Counted from the stretch's first letter, positions 1 through 10,388 are shown. The stretch: 64,000 nt of DNA from Aureliella sp. (GCA_963691875.1 OY829846.1:160001-224000); one strand, 5' to 3'. Notes: generated by a model from the sequence alone, not told the origin. A program made the numbers and translations.

Positions 1-2
1 TA

Positions 3-3000
3 GCACAAGAGACGAGGACTCTACTCGCCTTTGGCATCGGCACCCGAAAAGCTGTCGAAGACATCATGCGGTTGTCTGAAGTGTCAGGAGGTAACCAAGA
101 GAGACTGCAGCGGTTGGCTCTAGCATTCGGTCAAGTGGCTGCAAAGGGACGACTATTCGCAACCGAAGTCAGGCAATTTACTGAGAACGGGTTCAACCCT
201 TTGCAAACCATTGCTGCGACGACAGGGAAGTCGATGGGTGAACTGCTTGACTTGATGGAAGATGGGCAGATCACGTTCCAAGATGTTCGGCAAGCGTTTG
301 TTGACGTTACTAGTTCTGGTGGTCGGTTCTTTGGATTGCTACGAAAGCAGTCCCAGTCGTTGATTGGCTTGTGGACGACGCTCAAAGACTCCGTGAAGAT
401 TGCAATTGAACCGCTTGGGCAGGAACTCATTCCACTGCTTAGCGACCTCACTCGACAAGCGATTGCCGCAGCTAACGTTGCTGGGAAATTCTTCAAGGAG
501 AATCGAGCTCTGGCAATGTCTTTCCTGGGCATCACAGTTGCAGGACTCGCGGCAGGTGCTGCACTTGTCGGTCTGGGCGTCCCATTGATCTTGATTGGTA
601 AGACAATGGAGGCGTTTGACCAAGTTGTACTCAAGTCGACGCGAAACTTGATCGCATTGATGCGCGTTGGTGGTACTTCTGCTAAGGCTCAAGGAGTGGT
701 GACGGTCAAGAACGAAGTCGACGCAATGTCGAACTCTATCAGCGTTTCGACTCAGCAAACACGTCTTGATCTAACAGCACTTGGCAAAGCCTTCACTAAC
801 GCTGCTCGTACTGCGATTGTTTCGTTCCGGAAGATCGCAACCAGCGTTACGGCAAACACATCTCGGGTCACAGCTTCTTTGACAAAACAGATCGCTCTGA
901 TCGAAACGTATCAACAGAGGCTCTACAAGCTGCAAGCCGATATGGTCCTCGCTCCCGCAGCAGGAAAAGCATCGGCAAAGGGAGCATCGAAAGCGAGATC
1001 AGCAAAGGCAGCAGCTGACGCAACAAAATCAGCAGCTAGTCGCGAAGGTGTCACGGTCGCGCAAGTAGCCGCTGGTGCGTTCGCTGGCGAACTATCAGCA
1101 GACCTATTCTCCATGTTCTCCAAGCATGAGAAAGAGTTCAAAGAAAGGGGCAAAGAACTAGCCACAGCTCTTGGAATGGAAGTTCCCAAAGAAGCCCCCG
1201 TGTTCAACAGTCTTGATCAACTAGTAGCGAAGGGAGAGGAGAACGTCCGCAAGGCCAGAAAGGGGATCACTGGGGAACTGAATGCGCTCGAAGCAATGAT
1301 CCTTCGTGGCACATCGACAGGCAAACCACCTGATCTGTTCGAGGGGATCGACGATGCGAAAACCTTCAAGAGCTTAGACACAATGGTTGATGCATCCTTG
1401 AACAAAGGTCAGCACAGTAGAAACCCTGCGACAAGGAAGTACGCGGCTTCGCTGCTAGCGGGGGCGAGGAGAGACATCGAGAAGGAAGCTCGCAGAGCGA
1501 ACCCGATGCAAGCTGTTTTGGAAGCTCTTGATCTTGCAGGACCCGGAGCAGAGCTGACTCTAGCCCGTGAGAATTCGAAACGTAAGATTGCACCTCACAT
1601 TGCTTCCTTGATGGAAGAGATACAACGAGAATCACGCAAGGCGAAAATGGATACCGCTAAACGTAGCAGCGGTAAAGGGGGATTGCTGTCGGGAATGCTA
1701 GGGGGAGTTCGTACTGGTGCATCCGGGGTTTCTCGCGTACTCGCAGGTCTCCGTGCTAGGGTCGCTGCTCTGCTAGGTCCTTTCTTGGGAACTGCGGCGA
1801 TTGTAGCAACCGTTGCAGCAGGATTCCTTTACCTTGCAAACCGAGCTGGGGTATTGCGGGACGTAATCAACAATTTGGCAGGTCCACTAAAGAAGTTTAT
1901 GGACACTGCGACAGAGACTTTTGGTGGTATCAGTGATGCTATCTCGCTTGGTGAATTCACACGCGCAATAAAGATCTTGTGGGCAGGTATCAAGACAGCA
2001 TTCTTCGAGGGTGCAGCTACGATCGTCGAGAACCTTCCAGCGATCTTCGAAAAGGGCTTGGCCTATTCGTACGCGATCATTGAGTCTTTTGCCGCCACGA
2101 TTGTGGATATCGTATTAGCCATTCCCAAGCTCATCTACGCTGGGTTCGTCGGAGGGAAGTCTATCGCGAACATCCTCGGCGACATCATTACGGGCAACTT
2201 CAAGAATGGCGAGATCCAGAAGCTGGCTGGAGGCGCCCGAAAGGAACTAGACAGCTTACTGGAAGCAAACAGTACCGATATTGAGCTCCGACGTAAACGA
2301 GAAGAAGCACGGTTACAGGAGCAAGAAGAGAAGCAGAACCAAGGTGTAGGCAGTATCGCGGACAGCCCAGATGCGGCAGTGGGAGGAGATCGCCCCGGTT
2401 CAGCAATGTCCGAAGCCACGCGAGAGGCTAGAGAACGCAATGCAGAGCTGCGAGACGAGATCATAGAGCTACGTCGGGGGAAAACGACTCTCATCCGTTT
2501 CAAAGATAGCCTGTCAGGTGTCCATCCTGCTATCACTGCAACCACGCTGCGGCTTACCCGCATGAAGAAGGCTCTCGAGGCAACCAAGGAAGCGAAAGAG
2601 AGAATCCAAGAGCTCAAGAATGAACGGCTAGAAGTCCAGATCGGCGCCGACGCATTGAAACGACTGACTTTGGCTCGACAAGGAGCAAACAGAGCAGTGC
2701 TGGAGCAACTGCGAATCGAGCAACAGCGGACCAAGTTCATGAGTCTTCGAAGCGACCTTCAGAACGAGATCCGCACTTTGGTTATGGGTGAAGCAGCCGC
2801 AGAACGACACCGACTTGCGATGGAAGGCCTTTCTAAGGCACAAATCGACCAGATCCAAGCCCTGCAGCAGATGAAGAACAGACTGAAAGAAACTTCTGAG
2901 TTTGCGAAACAGCTGAACCAAGAATTCAAATCGCCGTTGAAGGTATTCCAAGACCAACAGAAGAAGATCCGACAGGCACAACTGGCTGGGCTCATTTCGC

Positions 3001-3338
3001 AAAAGGTTGCAGCTGAGGCAAACACCGCTGCCATCAAGAAACTCCGCGAGGAGTCGGAAAAGCTTAACCAGAGAGACCCGCTGAATGCTGCAGTCACAAG
3101 AGAACAGCAGATCGAAGCGTTCCGTAAGGCAACCGAGTTCCAGCAGCAACTAGCAGACCAACAAAAGGGACGAAGAATCGCAGCTGCGACAGCGAGACAA
3201 AGAGCGGCAGCTGCAAGAAAGAACGGAGGAGTCTCAGAGCACGATCGGGTGATGCGAACCATTGCAGCGCAGACTCGTGATGGTGTGAACATGGTCGTTA
3301 GGAAGATAGGTAACGGCGGAGAGGTTGCGATCATATGA
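3..3338 (+). CDS. Tail tape measure protein (5'-partial; frame open to window start)
   Basis: Tape-measure N-terminal motif LQRLALAFGQVAAKGRL...EVRQFTENG; Ala-rich and coiled-coil with hydrophobic segments; no stop between 3 and the ATG at 66. Confidence 0.9.
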   Translation, partial: AQETRTLLAFGIGTRKAVEDIMRLSEVSGGNQERLQRLALAFGQVAAKGRLFATEVRQFTENGFNPLQTIAATTGKSMGELLDLMEDGQITFQDVRQAFVDVTSSGGRFFGLLRKQSQSLIGLWTTLKDSVKIAIEPLGQELIPLLSDLTRQAIAAANVAGKFFKENRALAMSFLGITVAGLAAGAALVGLGVPLILIGKTMEAFDQVVLKSTRNLIALMRVGGTSAKAQGVVTVKNEVDAMSNSISVSTQQTRLDLTALGKAFTNAARTAIVSFRKIATSVTANTSRVTASLTKQIALIETYQQRLYKLQADMVLAPAAGKASAKGASKARSAKAAADATKSAASREGVTVAQVAAGAFAGELSADLFSMFSKHEKEFKERGKELATALGMEVPKEAPVFNSLDQLVAKGEENVRKARKGITGELNALEAMILRGTSTGKPPDLFEGIDDAKTFKSLDTMVDASLNKGQHSRNPATRKYAASLLAGARRDIEKEARRANPMQAVLEALDLAGPGAELTLARENSKRKIAPHIASLMEEIQRESRKAKMDTAKRSSGKGGLLSGMLGGVRTGASGVSRVLAGLRARVAALLGPFLGTAAIVATVAAGFLYLANRAGVLRDVINNLAGPLKKFMDTATETFGGISDAISLGEFTRAIKILWAGIKTAFFEGAATIVENLPAIFEKGLAYSYAIIESFAATIVDIVLAIPKLIYAGFVGGKSIANILGDIITGNFKNGEIQKLAGGARKELDSLLEANSTDIELRRKREEARLQEQEEKQNQGVGSIADSPDAAVGGDRPGSAMSEATREARERNAELRDEIIELRRGKTTLIRFKDSLSGVHPAITATTLRLTRMKKALEATKEAKERIQELKNERLEVQIGADALKRLTLARQGANRAVLEQLRIEQQRTKFMSLRSDLQNEIRTLVMGEAAAERHRLAMEGLSKAQIDQIQALQQMKNRLKETSEFAKQLNQEFKSPLKVFQDQQKKIRQAQLAGLISQKVAAEANTAAIKKLREESEKLNQRDPLNAAVTREQQIEAFRKATEFQQQLADQQKGRRIAAATARQRAAAARKNGGVSEHDRVMRTIAAQTRDGVNMVVRKIGNGGEVAII

Positions 3339-4198
3339 CAGTCCAGACAGTGAAACTGGAGACCGTCGAGGGCGGCGAAAACGCAGATAACGTCAATTAC
3401 CGTCTGAAGTATCTCGTGTCAACTGATGACCGCGATGACGGACCATTGACGGTCCGTAACGCAGTCGGATGGGCATACGGAGACCCCTACCTACTAGGGA
3501 ACGACAGTGACCCAAGGTCAGTGGCGACAAGCATTACCGAGAACCTAGTTTCTGACGCACATTACCTCGACTGGGAAGTTGTGGTCAGCTTCGAAGCAAT
3601 TGATACCGACCTTGATCTGACGAACCCACTCAATGACCCGGTCGAAGAAGAAGTTATTTGGCGACCTGTCAGACGCCAGATCTACATTGATCGTGACGGC
3701 AACTGGATCGGGAACACAGCCGGTGACAGATACGTCGGTGGTCTCGAAGGGGAAGATAATGTTCCGAACCTTGTCTACTCGTTGAACCAAGCAGCCTTTC
3801 CTTTTGCTGTTGCGCAAGCCAATCGCAATGCGGTCAACTCCGCTATTTGGAAAGGTTTTGCTGCGAAGACTGTTAAGGTTGCCGGAATCACAAGCCGCCG
3901 CAAGTATCACAGAACAATCGGTGTGTACTACAACGTTTCTTATTCGTTCTTGACCGATGCCAATACATTTGATGTTCCCGTTCCGTCACACGGATACAAC
4001 GAGATCACTGGCACTCCTAAAAAGAAGAAGCCCATCATTGTTCAAGGCAAACGTCCTCCTTCGCCGCAACCACTAGATGCTGTCGGAAAAGCAATTGCAT
4101 TTGACCCCGACACCCGAGTATGGGCGTCACTACCAGCGGTACAGAATCACGGAATCTATCCCCTAGCCGACTTCAATTCTCTCTTCCCGTTCCTGTAG
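3335..4198 (+). CDS. Putative tail tip / distal tail protein
   Basis: Overlaps the TMP stop (ATGA coupling); beta-rich 287 aa; function from position only. Confidence 0.55.
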   Translation: MTVQTVKLETVEGGENADNVNYRLKYLVSTDDRDDGPLTVRNAVGWAYGDPYLLGNDSDPRSVATSITENLVSDAHYLDWEVVVSFEAIDTDLDLTNPLNDPVEEEVIWRPVRRQIYIDRDGNWIGNTAGDRYVGGLEGEDNVPNLVYSLNQAAFPFAVAQANRNAVNSAIWKGFAAKTVKVAGITSRRKYHRTIGVYYNVSYSFLTDANTFDVPVPSHGYNEITGTPKKKKPIIVQGKRPPSPQPLDAVGKAIAFDPDTRVWASLPAVQNHGIYPLADFNSLFPFL

Positions 4199-4205
4199 CA
4201 CTGAT

Positions 4206-4460
4206 ATGTCTAGCCAGACCAAGCAAGACCAGAAAATTCTGACAGAGATCAAAAAGCACCAAGAGCGGATGGCTTTGATTGCCAGAGGTCTGCAATCTGG
4301 AAAGATTCTGCTGGAGGAAGCTGGGTTGATGCAGGCAGAGGAGATTCGCAGGTACCGAGAAAGAGCTGAGCAGGACAGAAAAGAATACCTTGAGCAGCAC
4401 AAGTTAAGGCGAGCGAAAGAAACAGGAACGCAAGAAAGGCGAGAGCCAAGCGATGGGTAG
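4206..4460 (+). CDS. Hypothetical phage protein (charged, helical)
   Basis: Fills the gap between co-oriented genes and overlaps the next start. Confidence 0.55.
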   Translation: MSSQTKQDQKILTEIKKHQERMALIARGLQSGKILLEEAGLMQAEEIRRYRERAEQDRKEYLEQHKLRRAKETGTQERREPSDG

Positions 4461-5313
4461 AACATTCGACGCAAAGTCGCAACAGCGAATCGCGGATGCA
4501 GTGCGTTGGGTGGAAGGTAGACGCACTGCTCTCGAAGAGCGTCCAGAGGACCTTGGCGACTTCTTCTATTTCGAAACAACAGAAACTGCCAACAGCGGCA
4601 CCGTTGCTGCGGACATCAAGACCTTTGATGATGACGAAGTCTTGGTTGAAGGCGGAGAGGTCAAGTATCGCGATGGAGTACTTGATGGTGAAGATACGGG
4701 ATTCAGCGGAGTCTGTATCCAATGGGGCGAGAACTATTGGCATCTAGATGCTTCAGGCAGTCGCCTGCGATTCGCTGTTTTGTTAGAAGACGCAGCAAGT
4801 AAAGGTGAACTCTGGGCGAAAGAGACAGATGAAGTCGGTGTCGATGTCACTCCAGAGAACATTTTTCAAGTAACGAATTGGGGGCAGTCCGGTCTAGGTG
4901 TATTGGCTAACTGTCTCGTTGGGTTCTTTGGGCTGTATGAACAAAAAGGCGGAAAATGGGTTTTTAAGCAAAGTGACATCTGTGCCCCCGAAGGCTGCGA
5001 GCACAGCGGAACTGTTTCAGGACTGTCACTCAGCGCTACGGAAGGAACAGCAATAACTCCAGCCCACGACATCACTGCTTCCGGCATAGAAGTAGGAACG
5101 TTCTCAGTTGGGGCTCTGCCAACAGGACTGACCTACACACCTGGACCGATTCCTGAGAACGGAGGCACGATCACTGGGACTCCAGCAGCTGGAACTGCAG
5201 GTACACATATTGTTCAGATTACCGCTGAGTCCGTAAAGACCGGACCCGGTGGAAGCCCAACGGGAAACTGCACACTGACCCGCGCTCTTGTGATTACGAT
5301 CGCAGAGGCATAG
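4453..5313 (+). CDS. Putative virion protein with C-terminal Ig-like (He_PIG-type) domain
   Basis: LPTGLTYTPG...GTITGTPAAGTAGTHIVQITA motif; 5 Cys. Confidence 0.65.
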   Translation: MGRTFDAKSQQRIADAVRWVEGRRTALEERPEDLGDFFYFETTETANSGTVAADIKTFDDDEVLVEGGEVKYRDGVLDGEDTGFSGVCIQWGENYWHLDASGSRLRFAVLLEDAASKGELWAKETDEVGVDVTPENIFQVTNWGQSGLGVLANCLVGFFGLYEQKGGKWVFKQSDICAPEGCEHSGTVSGLSLSATEGTAITPAHDITASGIEVGTFSVGALPTGLTYTPGPIPENGGTITGTPAAGTAGTHIVQITAESVKTGPGGSPTGNCTLTRALVITIAEA

Positions 5314-5350
5314 TCAGTTAGAGGGAACTCAAACACAGGATTTTTCACGG

Positions 5351-6337
5351 ATGGCTACAAACGCTAGGTATGAACGAGCACAGCAATTGTGCAGAGAGTT
5401 TCCAGATGCTGACACACGCACACTCGCAAAGAGATTGGCCAGGGAATTCAAGTGTACCATCGAGCAAGCAAGATCAAGCCTTCGTCGTGTTCGCGGACAG
5501 GTGGGCAAGGCACATCGGAAGCACGCAACGGTTCCCAAGAAAGCAGGCAAGGCTGGCGCGAAGCCCAAGCTACCGCCCAGCCAGTCGGAAGAGTGGAAGC
5601 CACTCAATCTTGATCCGGGCAAGACCTTGTGCCTGAGTGATATCCACATTCCTTACCATGACTCCGCTGCAGTTGAGGCTGCTGTCACATGGGCTCGCCG
5701 CCGGAAGCCCGACACTGTTTTGCTTAATGGCGATACGCTGGACTTTTACACGATAAGCAGGTGGATCAAAGATCCTCGCAAGCGGGACTTCAAAGCTGAG
5801 TTGGAAGCAGGAGTCGAGTTTCTACGTTGGCTGCGGAACAAATTCTCTTCGTCTCGGATTATCTTCAAGGTTGGCAATCACGAGGATCGCTGGAACCATT
5901 GGCTCTGGAATTCTGCTCCGGAAATATGCGATTTGCCCCACGTCCAATTGGATGCGATTTTGGAGCTTGATGATATCGGCATTGAGCTGATCGGAGACGG
6001 TCGTCCAGTGCAGGCTGGTAGTCTCCCGATCTTTCACGGACATGAATTGCCAAAAGGAATGACCAACCCGGTCAACATGGCACGCGGTGCGTTCTTGCGG
6101 ATGCTTGATACTGTTCTTGTGGGTCACGGTCACCGCAGCTCCAGCCACACCGAACCAAGTTGGATGCATACAGAGGTAACAACTTGGAGTCAGGGTTGCC
6201 TATGCAACCTTTATCCAGAGTATGCAAGGATCAACAAGTGGAATCACGGTTTCGCGTTCATTGAGCACGAATCCTCAGGTGAGTTCGATCTACAGAATCT
6301 AAGAATTAGTAAACAAGGAAAGGTAAGGGCATCATAA
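5351..6337 (+). CDS. Calcineurin-like metallophosphoesterase
   Basis: SDIH, NGDTLD, GNHE, FHGH and GHGH metal-binding motifs. Confidence 0.9.
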   Translation: MATNARYERAQQLCREFPDADTRTLAKRLAREFKCTIEQARSSLRRVRGQVGKAHRKHATVPKKAGKAGAKPKLPPSQSEEWKPLNLDPGKTLCLSDIHIPYHDSAAVEAAVTWARRRKPDTVLLNGDTLDFYTISRWIKDPRKRDFKAELEAGVEFLRWLRNKFSSSRIIFKVGNHEDRWNHWLWNSAPEICDLPHVQLDAILELDDIGIELIGDGRPVQAGSLPIFHGHELPKGMTNPVNMARGAFLRMLDTVLVGHGHRSSSHTEPSWMHTEVTTWSQGCLCNLYPEYARINKWNHGFAFIEHESSGEFDLQNLRISKQGKVRAS

Positions 6338-6621
6338 TGGAACTACTCGGAGCAACAAACATCCAAGAGACTCTTCTGATTCATGGACATGACGAAGACT
6401 TTGAGCCGTCGCCCGATTGCAACTTCGCCCCAGTCTCGTTTAATCCGGGGTCAGCTGAGAAAGTAAGGGCAATGAAAGCTCGTGTTGAAGCTGGACTGCC
6501 GTTACATCATCCGGAGGACGTAGTCGTTAGACCTTCTGCAGCAAATGGCAGAGCAGCGTTGTTCGCAAGAGAGCAGCCGATAGCAACACCGCAACGGGCT
6601 AGAAAAAACTGCAGCGATTAA
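6337..6621 (+). CDS. Small hypothetical protein (PGS-EK...GLPLHHPED type seen in planctomycetes)
   Basis: TAATG coupling with the upstream gene; recognisable motif. Confidence 0.6.
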   Translation: MELLGATNIQETLLIHGHDEDFEPSPDCNFAPVSFNPGSAEKVRAMKARVEAGLPLHHPEDVVVRPSAANGRAALFAREQPIATPQRARKNCSD

Positions 6622-6651
6622 CGTGTAGGGCTTGCACAGCGGATCTGATTT

Positions 6652-6667
6652 GCGGTAAATTTCCCGC
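6652..6667. promoter_or_regulatory. 16-bp palindromic site, copy 1 (GCGGTAA-AT-TTCCCGC)
   Basis: Intergenic, abuts the S49 ATG; matches four other copies. Confidence 0.7.
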
Positions 6668-7996
6668 ATGGACGTAACGCAGCAACTAGATTTTGCCTTC
6701 TCTTCAGGAGATGCCCCCCGCTTCGAGCAATGGATTGGGGCTTGGTGCATCGAAGAAACTGCAAGGCAATCATTAGTTGCTCAGCTACAGAATTTTGATC
6801 TCAGCCAGCACTTAGCTCAACATCAGCAAAGTGCTGCTTCTCGGACTACCCAGAGACAAGACAGTGACTCGGTCGCTGTGATCCGGTTGCAAGGGGTCCT
6901 GCAAAAACACTCGTCGAGTTTCAGCCGCTCAGGATCTACGGTTCTTGCTCGACGCGATATCCGTGCTGCTGTCAAAGATCCTGACATCGGTGCAATCTTT
7001 CTCGCGATTGAGTCCCCTGGTGGAACAGCTGCGGGAACGTTCGAGCTGTTTAACGAAATCGTTGCAGCAGCAAAGCAAAAGCCAGTTCATGCACACATTG
7101 AAGATCTCGGAGCATCTGCTGCATACTGGGCAGCTTCGGGAGCTACTCATTTAACCGCAAACGAACCAGCATCAATCGGAAGCATCGGCACCTACACCGT
7201 AGTGGAAGACTGGAGTCAACGTGCTGCAGCGACAGGTGTCAAAGTCCATGTCATCCGTTCGGCTGAATTCAAAGGCATGGGAGTGCCAGGCACTTCCATT
7301 ACTGAGTCACAGATCGCACATCTCCAAGACCAAGTGTCCCGATTGAACGAGAGGTTCCTGAACGGAGTGTCAGAGGGAAGAAACCTTTCTCGGCAGCAAG
7401 TTGACGCGGTTGCGACTGGGAAGACTTACTCATCGGAAGAATCTAAACTTTACGGCTTGATCGATGCGACAGCGACTTTTGAAGAAGCGTTCTCAGCAAC
7501 TGTCGATGCCGCTCACAAACATCTGAACCGAAAGTCCACCAAAGGGAAACCTCGCATGTCTGATAGCACAGTGACCGTAGCAGCCATCAAGCAGGCTTGC
7601 CCAGGTGCCGGAAATGATTTCGTTGTTGCGTGCCTCGAATCTGGCAAGAGCATGGAAGACATCCAAGCGGACTGGCGGCAGGCTGTCACCGACGAGAACG
7701 CGAAGCTCAAGGCACAGAACGAAGAGCTGCAGGAAGAGAACGCGAAGCTCAAGGCAGAGAACGACAAGCTCGCCAAACAACCCGAAGCTGCTTCTAAGAG
7801 CGTTGGCACTGATCCAATCTCAGCTGCGTCCGCTGACACGGACAGCGATTCACTTGATGGTGCTTCGCAGTATTGGGCAAAGGTCGGAGACCTCCAAGCG
7901 GCGGGCAAAGATCGCCCAGAGGCGATGAAGATGGTCAACAAGCAGTACCCCGACCTCCGCAGAGCGATGTCAGCGGCTTCGCAACCAACGCGATAA
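6668..7996 (+). CDS. S49 (SppA/ClpP-like) prohead protease with C-terminal scaffold region
   Basis: IESPGG, ASAAYWAAS and IGSIG motifs; coiled-coil C-terminus. Confidence 0.9.
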   Translation: MDVTQQLDFAFSSGDAPRFEQWIGAWCIEETARQSLVAQLQNFDLSQHLAQHQQSAASRTTQRQDSDSVAVIRLQGVLQKHSSSFSRSGSTVLARRDIRAAVKDPDIGAIFLAIESPGGTAAGTFELFNEIVAAAKQKPVHAHIEDLGASAAYWAASGATHLTANEPASIGSIGTYTVVEDWSQRAAATGVKVHVIRSAEFKGMGVPGTSITESQIAHLQDQVSRLNERFLNGVSEGRNLSRQQVDAVATGKTYSSEESKLYGLIDATATFEEAFSATVDAAHKHLNRKSTKGKPRMSDSTVTVAAIKQACPGAGNDFVVACLESGKSMEDIQADWRQAVTDENAKLKAQNEELQEENAKLKAENDKLAKQPEAASKSVGTDPISAASADTDSDSLDGASQYWAKVGDLQAAGKDRPEAMKMVNKQYPDLRRAMSAASQPTR

Positions 7997-8019
7997 GCAG
8001 CAACAACTACGACACTGTT

Positions 8020-8035
8020 ACGGTAAATTTCACGC
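8020..8035. promoter_or_regulatory. 16-bp palindromic site, copy 2 (ACGGTAA-AT-TTCACGC)
   Basis: Intergenic, between the protease and decoration genes. Confidence 0.6.
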
Positions 8036-8056
8036 GACCTGACTAGGTGACGAACG

Positions 8057-8413
8057 ATGCAATTCAACGATTCTGGCGTTAAGACCTACGCCTCTACAGC
8101 CGCACTCGCAAAGCACAGGCTTGTTAAGAAGAGCGGTGCTTCGGTGGAATACAACACCGCTAGCGACCGTCCCGTAGGCTCTACGCTCAATCCATCCTTC
8201 AATGCTGAAGAGCCGGTGCCCGTTCGTCTGACCAACTGCCCAGGAACCTTCCTGGCGACAGCCAGCGAAGCAATCGGACTGAACGGTGACTGTTTTGCGG
8301 CGGCAGACGGAAAGGTAGCGTCGACTGGAACAGTCCTTGTCGGAACCGCTGAAATTGCAGCCACAGCGGATGGTGACGTGATTGAAGTTATGCCTCCATC
8401 TGCGTCTGAGTAA
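8057..8413 (+). CDS. Capsid cement / head decoration protein (DUF2190-like)
   Basis: 118 aa, Ala/Gly-rich, ends ATADGDVIEV; lies between protease and capsid. Confidence 0.75.
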   Translation: MQFNDSGVKTYASTAALAKHRLVKKSGASVEYNTASDRPVGSTLNPSFNAEEPVPVRLTNCPGTFLATASEAIGLNGDCFAAADGKVASTGTVLVGTAEIAATADGDVIEVMPPSASE

Positions 8414-8480
8414 GCACAAACGCCACGAGTAAACACAGCACATCGCTAAGCCACGGAACTAAGTCCAAGGAAATCTAACA

Positions 8481-9473
8481 GTGCCATCTCCAAAATCCGA
8501 ACTGACGAACCTGCGTCCGGAACTAGCGACCTTCATGCAGCTCGATACCGAGATGAGCCGTCGCGGGTATGTAGGGACTCGCTTGCTCCCAGCATTCCCA
8601 GTGATGAAAGCCTCTGGGGACTTCGGCGTTATCAAGCTTGCAAGTCTGCTCGCATCGAAGGACGCCGACACGAAACGTACCAGCAAAGGTGGCTACAACC
8701 GAGGCGACTACGAGTTCGAAGAGCGGTCCTTCAAGACCAAGGAGCACGGTTGGGAAGAACCAGTCGACGAACGCGAAGAAGCTCTGTACGAAGACTACTT
8801 CGACCTCGAAGAGATCGCGACGGTCCGTGCCTGGGAACACGTTCTCGCCGGTCTGGAAGAACGGATTTTGAATAAAGTCCTCGCTGATACTGTAACGGCT
8901 GGCTACACAGCTGCTTCAGGCGGGGTTTGGACTACTCCGGCAACAGCGACTCCAATCGATGATGTTTTCGCAGCGCAGGAGGCAGTTTGGGCGCGTACTG
9001 GAATGTGGCCCCGCACCGTTGCGATGAGCCGGAGGAACTTTCGAGCTCTGCGGCGAACGAAGCAGGTCAAAGACGAAGTTGCTTCAAACGGAGCAGGTTC
9101 AAGCCAAGCTCAGAAGAACATCACTGTTGAGATGCTCAAGGAAGTCTTAGACGTTGACGAGATCATCATCGGCGATGCCGTGAAGAACACTCTGAACCAA
9201 GCGCAATCAGCCACGATTGCGAGCTCCTTCCCCGACGACCAGATCGTTGTCACTCGAACCGCGACCTCGAACGACTTCAAGGAACCTTGCCTTGGTCGTC
9301 TGTTCCACTGGGGTGGAGACGGGTCGAGGATCGACGGAGCCGGAAGTATGCCGGGTGTCGTTGAAGATTACGAAGAGCCACAAACCCGCAAGAACATTAT
9401 CCGTGTTCGAAACGAAACTGATGAATTCATCTTGTACGGTGAAATGGCTCAGGTCGTAACCGGCGTTCGCTAA
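8481..9473 (+). CDS. Major capsid protein (lambda gpE-like, HK97 fold)
   Basis: 330 aa after protease and cement genes; P-V motif, EHGWEEPVD, W...ATPIDD segments. Confidence 0.8.
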   Translation: MPSPKSELTNLRPELATFMQLDTEMSRRGYVGTRLLPAFPVMKASGDFGVIKLASLLASKDADTKRTSKGGYNRGDYEFEERSFKTKEHGWEEPVDEREEALYEDYFDLEEIATVRAWEHVLAGLEERILNKVLADTVTAGYTAASGGVWTTPATATPIDDVFAAQEAVWARTGMWPRTVAMSRRNFRALRRTKQVKDEVASNGAGSSQAQKNITVEMLKEVLDVDEIIIGDAVKNTLNQAQSATIASSFPDDQIVVTRTATSNDFKEPCLGRLFHWGGDGSRIDGAGSMPGVVEDYEEPQTRKNIIRVRNETDEFILYGEMAQVVTGVR

Positions 9474-9478
9474 AAAAA

Positions 9479-9494
9479 ACGGTAAACTTACCGC
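9479..9494. promoter_or_regulatory. 16-bp palindromic site, copy 3 (ACGGTAA-AC-TTACCGC)
   Basis: Intergenic, directly after the capsid stop. Confidence 0.7.
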
Positions 9495-9516
9495 GTAGAA
9501 AACCAGCGAGACTGGG

Positions 9517-9891
9517 ATGAACATATTTGCGGACGCAATGGGATTTGGTTTTGATGCGGCTGAAACAGTCGCTGGCGAAACGATCTGCTACACGTACGCA
9601 GAAGAGTCAGAAGAGTTTGAGGACGTTGTTGCAGGTGAGACAGAGTCCCGTGAGACAGGTGTGGGAGGGAACACAGTAGTTGCCTCTCGCAGCTGTGACT
9701 TCCTGATCCGGCGAGAAGCTTGGGAAGAGAAGTTCGGTGACAAGTTCCCAACTCGGAACAACGTAATCACTAGAACCAATGGTAAGGCTTACAAAGTGTT
9801 CTCCGGAGCTCAAGGGCATATCTGGAGATACAGCGGACCTCAGAACACTTACTTGCGAGTTCACACGATTGAAGTGAAGAAGAAAGACTGA
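9517..9891 (+). CDS. Head-tail joining protein (FII-like)
   Basis: Position after capsid; DFLI...P..N.VI and C-terminal LRVHT pattern. Confidence 0.6.
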   Translation: MNIFADAMGFGFDAAETVAGETICYTYAEESEEFEDVVAGETESRETGVGGNTVVASRSCDFLIRREAWEEKFGDKFPTRNNVITRTNGKAYKVFSGAQGHIWRYSGPQNTYLRVHTIEVKKKD

Positions 9892-9893
9892 AA

Positions 9894-10385
9894 GTGTCAG
9901 TTCGATTTGTAGAAGCTTGGAAAGGCTTGACGGAAGAACTGAGCACCCGGCTTTCTCCCCAGAAAGTAGAACGTCGCTACGCTCCGTACTTCGAGCGAGC
10001 TGCACTCGGGGACGAAACCAAGATCTCCGTCTCTCTTTCAGACCATGACATACAAAACTTAGCACGAAGTTCTCTTGATTCGGAAACGGTAACTTTCATC
10101 ATCGCGCTGCAACAGTCAGTCGGTGATCAGGTTACTACCGATGTCAACGGGAACATGGTTCTCGATGGAGTAGATGATCTCTCTGTTGGGGATGAAATCC
10201 TAGAAAAGGTCCAGGCAATCATGGATCTATGGCGGGGAGAGGGACCTCTTCGCCAATTAGAGATTGCAGGTTACCGGTTCACCGGAACGATAACAAACGA
10301 TCCGCCGTTCGAACCCTTGCATTTACTGTCGCAAGGCATTTTTTCAGCAATCATCGACGTCCAGTACAGGTATTCAGGAGACTAA
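9894..10385 (+). CDS. Putative tail terminator protein
   Basis: Size and position directly before the tail tube gene. Confidence 0.55.
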   Translation: MSVRFVEAWKGLTEELSTRLSPQKVERRYAPYFERAALGDETKISVSLSDHDIQNLARSSLDSETVTFIIALQQSVGDQVTTDVNGNMVLDGVDDLSVGDEILEKVQAIMDLWRGEGPLRQLEIAGYRFTGTITNDPPFEPLHLLSQGIFSAIIDVQYRYSGD

Positions 10386-10388
10386 CAA

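Noticed and set aside
131..3334. Long minus-strand ORFs under the tape measure gene, and similar shadows elsewhere
   Set aside because: Antisense shadows of well-supported genes with no motifs of their own
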